A DNA stretch of 36,604 bases from Pseudomonadales bacterium (lineage in GTDB: Bacteria > Pseudomonadota > Gammaproteobacteria > Pseudomonadales > UBA3067): positions 1 to 36,604 of the forward strand of contig JAESUE010000379.1 in NCBI GenBank assembly GCA_016763235.1, written 5' to 3'. Shown one piece after another: positions 27,713 through 35,468 of the stretch. The stretch's first letter is position 1; each line of letters begins with the position of its first letter. A program made the translations under genes and the position numbers. Below the pieces are notes generated by a model. It was not told the origin of the DNA, made no database searches, and was given only the letters and a program-made list of their open reading frames with translations.

Positions 27713-28411
27713 TTACGGATCCATCAATAAAGAAATAGCTGCCAGAGCCTCTGGGTCTTGTTCTTTTATTTTATTTGCAATCCGGTGTTGGAAAAAATAT
27801 TTAAAGCTATGGTGGCTTTGGGCAGAATATAAGCTCGGGTCTCCCAGTAGTACTGGCGTGCTCTCTACCTTATCTTCATCAATGAGCATGCCTTGTACGG
27901 TGCCATTAGCGAGCAAACGCCAGCTGCTCACTTCTATCAGCATAAAACGCTCGCTAAGGTCTGTGGTCAGCACAGCATGGGTGCCAATACTGTCGGGGAT
28001 CTCCTGGATGATTTCATCATCAGATCCTGGTACATATTTGTAATATTCAGCGGCTGTTTCAAGTTCAAGAATCTTGTGTTTAGGTGGTTCATAAAAAACA
28101 TCGTCTATACCGGGGTCGCGATAACCTTCCCAGCTACCATTCAAGGGGTCGTTGATTTCAGAGCAGGGTACAATCTTGTTTAACCAAGGCACCATACCTT
28201 CTACTTCGCCATTTTCTCTAAGCCCCCAGCATACTATTTTAAGGCTGTATAACTTGTCAGGGGTGGAATCGTTGGTATAGAGCATCTCCAGAGCATCAAG
28301 CTCAGGGCAAATACGCATGATTTTATTTTCTTCAAAATCAATGTTGGTCTTACCGGAAAAAAGATAAACTACATTGTCTTTGTTGGGGGTATTTACCTGA
28401 GTTTTCATCAC
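27713..28411 (-). CDS. Hypothetical protein, 232 aa, with an internal two-fold repeat
   Basis: Clean ORF convergent with tusA. Repeated motif LKIVCWGLRENGEVEGMV / LIEVSSWRLLANGTVQGML. Confidence 0.6.
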   Translation of the reverse strand: MMKTQVNTPNKDNVVYLFSGKTNIDFEENKIMRICPELDALEMLYTNDSTPDKLYSLKIVCWGLRENGEVEGMVPWLNKIVPCSEINDPLNGSWEGYRDPGIDDVFYEPPKHKILELETAAEYYKYVPGSDDEIIQEIPDSIGTHAVLTTDLSERFMLIEVSSWRLLANGTVQGMLIDEDKVESTPVLLGDPSLYSAQSHHSFKYFFQHRIANKIKEQDPEALAAISLLMDP

Positions 28412-28682
28412 ATCATCCGCAATTGTGTTGAATGGAAGGGCATGGTAAGCGCTTGGGTCGGTAACGCGCTGTTTCCCTCAGTTTCTTGGCATTTGGTATC
28501 TAGTTGTGTGTTGTCTTTCCTTGATTAACACCTAACCCTAACCATAGTTCTAGTATAGTGACAGTCGGTTTTATTGGCTGTGAACTCTTGTAACGATTCG
28601 TGTATTAGGTAAATGAATGTTGCTGTTTTGCACGTGATTTATTTTTGTTGGTATGAGATATTTTCTGGAAGAATACAATATA

Positions 28683-29237
28683 ATGGTTTTTTATTCGGAT
28701 GAAATCCTTAATATTCAATCTATTGCGGATGTTTTTAAAGAATTATTTGAAGGTTCAGAAAATACTATTCTGCAATGGGGTGCAGCTGAACCTATTTACT
28801 TACCCAGCGATGCCTCCTGTTCTTATAACCGTGTCGTAGCACGTGATGATTATTTTTCCAGCGGGCTGCATGAGCTGGCTCACTGGTGTATTGCGGGAGC
28901 GAAGCGACGTCGGCTGGTTGATTATGGTTATTGGTATTATCCGGATGGGCGGGACGAAGAGCAGCAGCGCTTGTTTGAGCAGGTGGAAATAAAACCTCAA
29001 GCTGTCGAGTGGATTTTATCCCAAGCTTGCGGTTTACGTTTTAACGTCAGTGCAGATAACCTTCATGGTGAAACGGGTGACGTATGCCATTTTAAAGATA
29101 AGGTATTTGAACAGGTCGATACGTATTTAAGCAATGCGTTACCAGAACGGGCAGAACTATTGACCCGTGCTCTAGCGAAACATTACGGACGAGAACGTTA
29201 TCTTTATCCCCAGTTTTTTTTAAGAGAGGCAATATAA
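28683..29237 (+). CDS. epmC: Elongation factor P hydroxylase EpmC (YfcM)
   Basis: EPIYLP, HELAHWCIAG, DYGYWYYPDGR and VEIKPQAVEW match my recollection of YfcM. The ATG at 28683 has an upstream GGAAGA. The ORF is open from 28653. Confidence 0.8.
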   Translation: MVFYSDEILNIQSIADVFKELFEGSENTILQWGAAEPIYLPSDASCSYNRVVARDDYFSSGLHELAHWCIAGAKRRRLVDYGYWYYPDGRDEEQQRLFEQVEIKPQAVEWILSQACGLRFNVSADNLHGETGDVCHFKDKVFEQVDTYLSNALPERAELLTRALAKHYGRERYLYPQFFLREAI

Positions 29238-29238
29238 A

Positions 29239-29949
29239 ATGGAAGCAGGACAAATTTTGATTACGGGTGCTAATCGGGGTCTTGGCTTGGAGCTGGTGCG
29301 GCAATTTAGCAGTGACGGCTGGGATGTCCTGGCCTGCTGTCGTGCTCCAGAAAGTGCTGCTGAGCTATCTCGCCTTGCTGCGCAATCTTCTGGTCGAGTG
29401 CGTGTTATTCCATTGGATGTATCCCGTGCAGAGAGTATTCAGCGCTTAGCCCAAAACCTTCGCGGCGAGCCTATTGATATTCTCTTTAGCAATGCCGGTG
29501 TATACGGTGGTTCCAGTCAGGCAGGATTGGGGTCAAGCGTTGATGATAGTGATGAATGGATGCAGGTTTTCGCGGTCAACACTATTGCGCCTCTTCAGCT
29601 GGTTGATACCTTAATGCCTAATCTGCTACTGGGAAAGCAAAAAATCATTGCTCTAATGAGCAGTAAAATGGCTAGCTTAGCGGATAACTCCTCCGGAGGA
29701 AGCTACATTTATCGCAGTAGTAAAGTGGCTCTTAATGCTGTGGGTAAGAGCCTTGCTGTGGACCTTGCTCCTGAAGGCATAAAAGTAGCACTTTTGCATC
29801 CGGGCTGGGTGCAGACAGACATGGGTGGCCCGAACGGCTTAATACAGGCGAAGGAAAGTGTATTAGGAATGCGGGATGTATTAAATACCCTCACACCTGA
29901 AAAAAGCGGGAAATTTTTTAATTATGATGGCTCTGAGCTGCCTTGGTGA
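29239..29949 (+). CDS. Short-chain dehydrogenase/reductase (CsgA/C-factor-like SDR)
   Basis: ILITGANRGLG cofactor motif and YRSSKVALN catalytic motif. Confidence 0.85.
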   Translation: MEAGQILITGANRGLGLELVRQFSSDGWDVLACCRAPESAAELSRLAAQSSGRVRVIPLDVSRAESIQRLAQNLRGEPIDILFSNAGVYGGSSQAGLGSSVDDSDEWMQVFAVNTIAPLQLVDTLMPNLLLGKQKIIALMSSKMASLADNSSGGSYIYRSSKVALNAVGKSLAVDLAPEGIKVALLHPGWVQTDMGGPNGLIQAKESVLGMRDVLNTLTPEKSGKFFNYDGSELPW

Positions 29950-30001
29950 ATTTGGGTAAATGGCGGAAATAATTTGTATACACTTATGGCTTGAATCGAA
30001 G

Positions 30002-30110
30002 GTAACTATTTAGCTTAAGCCCAAACTCGCACATTTTTCGCCTTGTTTTGCTCGAATTTTAGCGCAATCTGAACAGTTACAATTTTAGGTGGTGTTATGC
30101 TGAACAAAAA
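30002..30110 (-). repeat. MITE-like repeat, copy D (internally deleted, long subfamily, degenerate right end)
   Basis: GTAACTATTTAGC terminus, then CACATTTTTCGCCTTGTTTTGCTCGAATTTTAGCGCAATCTGAACAGTT. It lacks the central part of the element (roughly 40 nt). Right boundary uncertain. Confidence 0.6.
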
Positions 30111-30143
30111 TCCACACCGTCGATACTTTAAGCAGGAGCTCAA

Positions 30144-31343
30144 GTGAGCATTGGTATACCCGAAAACATCATTCCCTTGGATAGTATTCTTCCCGATGAG
30201 CCATTATTAATGATGGGGGCGGGGCCTGTGCCTATTCCCCCTCGGGTAGCAGCAGCAAACTCCATTGTGATCAATCATCTCGGTGATACGCTTGCGCGAG
30301 TCATCGAGCAAGTAAAGGCGATGTCTCGTTACGTATTTCAAACGGAATCAATGCACATATTGGGTGTAGCTGGGCCAGGTTCAGCGGCTATGGAAATGGC
30401 GGTTGTTAACCTTGTTAAACCCGGCAGTAAAGTTCTGAGCATTTGTAACGGTTTTTTCAGTCAACGACTTGCTGAGATGGCTGAGCGTGTGGAAGGAGAT
30501 GTTCTGCGAATGCAGGTGCCGGAGGGGGAAGGCGTGTCGCCGGGTGAAGTTGAAAAACTAATCAAGCAATATCAACCCGATATAATAACCATTGTTCAGG
30601 GGGAAACATCTAACACCGTTCATAACAGGGCATTGCCTGAAATTGGTGTTTTGGCGAAAAAATACGGCTGTATGGTGATTGTCGATGCAGTGTGTACCTT
30701 GAGCACGATGCCTCTGGATATGGATGACTGGGGAATAGATGCCGTGATTACTGGTGGGCAAAAAGGCTTGTCTTCTATACCGGGCGTCTCTCTGGTGGCA
30801 TTTTCGGACCAAGCTTGGAAGGCCATAGAGGAACGCCAAGATCGTTTGAGGCATTGGTGTTTGGATGCCAAATTGGCAGATCAGTTTTGGTATAAAAAAT
30901 CCTACCACTACACTGCACCTGTTTCGGGTATTTTAGCCATGCATGAAGCGCTAAGGCTTATTTGCAAAGAAACCTTGCCCCGTCGTTTTGAGCGCCACAG
31001 CAGTTGCTCTCAGGCCTTGCAGGCCGGTATCGAAGCCATGGGTTTGTCGCTGTTTGTCGAGCCATGCGCCAGATTGAATTCAGTGGTAGGAATTAATTTA
31101 CCTGAAAATATAAATAGCCTGCAATTATTGAAAACCATGTCCCAACGTTATCGGGTAGAAATTTCGGGGTCTTTTGGCCCACCCATTGTTCGCATCGGTC
31201 AAATGGGAGAGCAGTGCCGAAGTCATAATTTATTTAGAACATTGCACGCACTAGGTGCCAGTCTCGGTAGTTTAAATTATGGCGTTGATCTTCCGGTGGG
31301 AATGGCGGAGCTGGAACGGCGGCTTGATTCTTACGAACGTTAG
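30144..31343 (+). CDS. Class V pyridoxal-phosphate-dependent aminotransferase (serine-pyruvate/alanine-glyoxylate type; substrate unknown), GTG start
   Basis: LLMMGAGPVPIPPRV N-terminus and TGGQKGLSSIPG PLP-lysine region. AGGAG lies 6 nt upstream of the GTG. Confidence 0.8.
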   Translation: MSIGIPENIIPLDSILPDEPLLMMGAGPVPIPPRVAAANSIVINHLGDTLARVIEQVKAMSRYVFQTESMHILGVAGPGSAAMEMAVVNLVKPGSKVLSICNGFFSQRLAEMAERVEGDVLRMQVPEGEGVSPGEVEKLIKQYQPDIITIVQGETSNTVHNRALPEIGVLAKKYGCMVIVDAVCTLSTMPLDMDDWGIDAVITGGQKGLSSIPGVSLVAFSDQAWKAIEERQDRLRHWCLDAKLADQFWYKKSYHYTAPVSGILAMHEALRLICKETLPRRFERHSSCSQALQAGIEAMGLSLFVEPCARLNSVVGINLPENINSLQLLKTMSQRYRVEISGSFGPPIVRIGQMGEQCRSHNLFRTLHALGASLGSLNYGVDLPVGMAELERRLDSYER

Positions 31344-31350
31344 TAAATGG

Positions 31351-31480
31351 GTAACTATTCAGCGAACCCTACAACTGTTCAAATTTGCGCAGAACAAGGC
31401 GAAAAATGTGAGTTTATACGCATAAATGATCATTTTTTAACACCGTTATGCACGAATTTGAGCGTGAGCTGAATAGTTAC
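31351..31480 (+). mobile_element. MITE-like palindromic repeat, copy F (130 bp, intact reference copy)
   Basis: Perfect 13-bp TIRs GTAACTATTCAGC/GCTGAATAGTTAC. Perfect 8-bp direct repeat GTAAATGG at 31343-31350 and 31481-31488. Central palindrome AAATGATCATTT. Confidence 0.85.
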
Positions 31481-31489
31481 GTAAATGGT

Positions 31490-32191
31490 TTACTGTAAAT
31501 GCCCGTGGTGTGGATTAATCAAGTAGGGGCCTGATATCGTCCATAGTCCAAATAAAATAATAAAAAAACCGGCCAGTTGACGATAACGGGCTTGTTGAAA
31601 TAAACCTTGAAAGGTGGTGGCGAAACGCCCTGTTGCAAACAGTGCAGGCAGGGTTCCTAAGCCAAAAAATAACATAGCCAATGCGCCCTCTAAGGCGTTT
31701 CCAGACGATGATGACCATATCAGGGCGCTATAGACTAGCCCGCAGGGTAGCCACCCCCACACGCCCCCAATGGCGTAAGCCTTCCATAAACGATCAATAG
31801 GCTTGAGCTTCTCAATAAGAGGTGAGATTTTTTTCCATAGCCCGCCGGCTGCCGCTTCCAAGTGAGATAGCGCGCGCCACCAATTTGCCACGTATAAGCC
31901 CATCAGTATCAGCATCAACCCTGCTGCACTGCGTACTACTACAATGCCTGTATCACCAAAGGTTAAGCTGAGGTAGCTGCCCAGTCCGGCAAAAATAGCT
32001 CCAGCTATGGCATAACTAGATATGCGGCCTAAACCAAATAAAACAGGGTAAGCGCTAAGCTTCCATTGGCTTTGAGGTAAGGGAATGGCAAAAGAGAGAG
32101 CCGAAGCGATGCCACCGCACATAAACAGGCAGTGGGTACTGCCAAAAAAACCGATGCTTAGCGCGGTAAAAAGAATGGCTGGGTCAATCAT
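31490..32191 (-). CDS. TauE/SafE-like (DsbD_2-type) membrane protein commonly found downstream of ccoS
   Basis: Polytopic membrane protein with an HCLFMCGGI motif. It overlaps ccoS by 8 nt. Confidence 0.7.
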   Translation of the reverse strand: MIDPAILFTALSIGFFGSTHCLFMCGGIASALSFAIPLPQSQWKLSAYPVLFGLGRISSYAIAGAIFAGLGSYLSLTFGDTGIVVVRSAAGLMLILMGLYVANWWRALSHLEAAAGGLWKKISPLIEKLKPIDRLWKAYAIGGVWGWLPCGLVYSALIWSSSSGNALEGALAMLFFGLGTLPALFATGRFATTFQGLFQQARYRQLAGFFIILFGLWTISGPYLINPHHGHLQ

Positions 32192-32396
32192 TTTTTTCTA
32201 TATCAGCATCGGCTTGAGGTTGTATGGGTGTTGAATTTTTGCGTTCTTCTTCGAATTGTCGGTCATCAAAAATAATATCTTGCGCTGGTGATTCCAAATC
32301 GTCGAATTGATTTTTATTCACCGCCCAAATAAACGCCCAGAAAGCGAAACCAAGAAGAATGAGGCCTAAAGGAATGAGAATGAACAGTGTTTCCAT
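32184..32396 (-). CDS. ccoS: cbb3-type cytochrome oxidase maturation protein CcoS/FixS
   Basis: 70 aa with a single TM helix then NKNQFDDLESPA; position after ccoI. Confidence 0.88.
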   Translation of the reverse strand: METLFILIPLGLILLGFAFWAFIWAVNKNQFDDLESPAQDIIFDDRQFEEERKNSTPIQPQADADIEKND

Positions 32397-32490
32397 AGCA
32401 GCCGTTAATACAAAAAGTGAACAATGAATGACGAGAAGGCTATTGAAAAGACCCTGTTCTGTACTCGTCTGAGATTTTCTTAATAAGCCC

Positions 32491-34919
32491 TTAGCGTAGT
32501 CGAAGAGAGTTTAGCACTACCACCAAAGAACTGGCAGACATACCAATTACAGCCATATAAGGTTGAACAAAGCCCGTAGCCGCCAGTGGTAAGGCAATGC
32601 CATTGTAGGCAATAGCCCACGCTATATTTTGGCGAACAATACGCAGTGTTTTTTCAGCCACCTCTCTTGTGGTCAGAAGTAATTCTAGGTTCTCGTTCAG
32701 CAACACTACATCGGCGCTACTTTTTGCCAGTTCAGTACCGCTGGATACTGCGAAGGATATATCTGCCTGAGCTAGCACAGGGGCGTCGTTAATGCCGTCG
32801 CCAAGCATAATTACCTGGTGATGGTTATCTTGCTGTGAGCGCACGTATTGCATTTTTTGTTCTGGAGAAACGTTTATGTGAGCCGAATTAAATTCCAGAG
32901 ACTTTGCCAGTTCTTTTGCAGACGGAGAAGGGTCCCCAGTGAGCATCACGCTTGATAGCCCCAGAGCTTTTAGAGATTTTAATACCCCAGGGATTTCTTG
33001 CCGAAGAGGGTCTTCAATATCGAAGCAGGCTAAAGGGCCCCGTGATGAGACGAGAAAAATTCGTTGGCTTGCGCCAAGTTCATTTGTTTTTGGATAATCC
33101 TGAGTGTTAGAAGGGCATAGTGCTTGCGTAAATTCGGCTTTACCAATTCGGTATAAAACCCCATCTATGATGCCCTCGATACCTTGGTTGGGAAAGTTTT
33201 TTATTTTATTAGAAATGGGTAACGACTGAGAGAGCAGTGGATTGGTAAAAGCCTTGGCGATGGGGTGCTCAGAATTTTTTTCTAGCGTTGCGGCCAGCAC
33301 CAGGCATTGTTCTTCGTTATAGCTTGATAGGGGATAGGTTTTTTTTAATGCAAATTTCCCCTGCGTCAGTGTGCCCGTTTTATCGAATACGACGGTGTCG
33401 GCTTTAACTATTTTTTCCAACACGTTGGAGCGCGTTAATAGCACTCCATTTTTCATCAGCAGGTTGCTGGCGGCAGTGAGTGCAACAGGTGTAGCCAGCG
33501 ATAGGGCGCAGGGGCAAGTTATGACGAGAACCGAAAGGGTGATCCAAAACGCGCGTTCTGCATCAATAAACCACCAAGCCGTGAACACGCCGCTGGCAAT
33601 CAGCAGTAAGGCCAAAACAAAATAACGGGCAACTTTATCTGCGAACAGTGCAATACGGGGTTTTTCTTCTAACCCTCGTTCCATCAGCTGCATGATATTC
33701 GATAAAAGAGACTGTTGAACTTGGCGCGTGACCTCTAGTAGTAATGGGCTTTCGATATTTTGACTACCGCCTGATACTGAATCCCCAGGAGACTTTGTTT
33801 TTGGGTTCATCTCGCCGGTTAATAAGGATTCATCCACACTGCTTTCACCGTCAATAACGCTGGCGTCAACAGGAATGGTGTTTCCGGGTTTAACACGAAT
33901 GATGTCTCCTGGGTTTAAACTATGGACGGAAGTGAGTTCGTCTTCCCCATTTTCCTGAACGCGAATAGCGGTTTCCGGCATACATTTCAGTAAAGTTTGA
34001 GCGGTAAGATTTGCTCTATACAGGCCTCTGGCTTCAAGGAAGGCCCTAATGCCAGAAAAAAAACAAACATAGTGACCGAGTCAAAATAGACTTCACCGCC
34101 ACCTTTTAGTGTTGCCCAGAGACTACTGAAATAAGCGCCTGCCAAGGCAATGGAAATGGGCAGGTCCATGTTGAGGTTTTTATTTTTCAGGCCGGTCATA
34201 GCCGAAATAAAAAAAGGGCTGCCAGAGTAAAGCAGTACGCCACTGGCCACTAACAGGCTCACCCAGCGTAACAGGCTTTCGTAAATATCTTCGATTCCGC
34301 TGAATGCACCGGCATAAAGACCGACACTTAACATCATCACTTGCATCATGCCTAAGCCCGAAACACCGAGGCGTTTCAGAGATTTTTTATGCAGTTCGTT
34401 TGACGCATCATTGGCGGGCCGATGCCATAAAGGCTGTGCTTGATAACCGAGTGAGTTGAGGTGATTCAAAATACTACTGAGTGGGATTATTTCAGGCCGC
34501 CAGCTGAGTCGGGCTTGATGAGAGCCTGGGTTTACGTTGATGGCGGTGATCCCTGCTATTTCTTGCAGTCGATTTTTTATTAACCAGCTGCAAGCAGCAC
34601 ACTGCATACCATCGATAGACAACAGGGTGCTTCGTTCGTTATCAGAGGTTTCAGTAGAAAATGCAGTTTGGTTTTCGAGTTTATCAAAAAAAGAACATTC
34701 AGTTTCTGTCAGAAGGTTATTGCTGGAGGCATTGGGAGAAGGGCTGGTGCGTTCTCGATAATAGTGGGATAAACCACTGTCGATGATACTTTTCGCCGCA
34801 TATAAACAGCCGGGGCAACAGAAGCTTTGCATTTCATTCAAAACTTCATGTTGAAAATTCTGCCCATCGGGAATACGAAGGCCACAGTGGAAACAGCGAT
34901 CATTAGCACCGCTTTTCAT
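32491..34919 (-). pseudogene. ccoI: Copper-translocating P1B-type ATPase CcoI/FixI, disrupted by a 1-nt frameshift near 34040-34047
   Basis: The N-terminal piece (33987-34919) has CFHCG, HMA MQCAACS and TM helices ending ...YFDSVTMFVFFLALG. The C-terminal piece (32491 to about 34045, other frame) reads AFLEARGLYRANL...MPETAIRV, CPC, DKTGTLT and GDGINDAP. Confidence 0.85.
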
Positions 34920-34925
34920 TGCTAT

Positions 34926-35468
34926 CTATTGGCCCAAGGTAAGTGGTTCGTTGAGCGGGAAAACGGTCGTTCCTTTTAAGCGCCAAGTCGGCTCTATAGT
35001 GCTGCCATCTTCTGACGGTTGAGGTAGGCCGTTATTTGAAAGGTTTATATGGCGTTTTCCGATAAGAGCCTGCTGGAGATTCCCGTGATAGAAAGGAGCC
35101 TGAGTTCTGGTGAGAATTATTTTCTGATCCCGTTCAGCAAGTGTAGGGTGTATGAGTTCCAAGTATAATTTTTCAGGGAAATTAAAACTCTGGCCTGAAT
35201 GAGACATGCTGAGGTTAAGATCCCCAGTTATCGTGTCTGCTTTAATTTCTGCTTTGAGGCCAAGGGCCCGAGCATTGTTATCATACTCTACGCGGCGATT
35301 GATCGCTTTACCTTCTTGGTACCAATTATCTTTTACCAATGAATCCTGGTTTTCGAAGGCAATATACAAGGTCGCCAAACCGGCAATTACGGCGCTGCCA
35401 GGTAGGGAGATAATAGCCCAAGGCCAAAATTGTTTGTACCATGGTTTTGAATCAAATCTTTCAGTCAT
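34926..35468 (-). CDS. ccoH: cbb3 oxidase maturation protein CcoH/FixH
   Basis: KPWYKQFWPWAIISLPGSAVIAGL N-terminal TM motif. TAATG overlap with ccoG. Confidence 0.85.
   Translation of the reverse strand: MTERFDSKPWYKQFWPWAIISLPGSAVIAGLATLYIAFENQDSLVKDNWYQEGKAINRRVEYDNNARALGLKAEIKADTITGDLNLSMSHSGQSFNFPEKLYLELIHPTLAERDQKIILTRTQAPFYHGNLQQALIGKRHINLSNNGLPQPSEDGSTIEPTWRLKGTTVFPLNEPLTLGQ

Noticed and set aside
28537-28549. CCTAACCCTAACC, resembling two units of a telomere-type CCCTAA repeat.
   Set aside because: It is only about two units long, lies in a bacterial promoter region, and has no further copies. Chance is sufficient.
31495-31501. A third GTAAATG just right of MITE copy F, and GGGTAAATGG at 29954-29963 upstream of copy D, as possible extended target motifs.
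   Set aside because: The first is simply the last codons (HLQ-stop) of the TauE-like gene on the other strand. The second is about 40 bp from the repeat terminus. Neither abuts a terminal inverted repeat.
34056-34063. The A8/T8 homopolymer as the ccoI frameshift site (slipped-strand phase variation or a homopolymer sequencing error).
   Set aside because: The run is translated as V-F-F-L in the upstream frame, which fits the conserved FFL motif. The frame is therefore still correct after the run, and the shift lies 10-20 nt further downstream at GGGCC.
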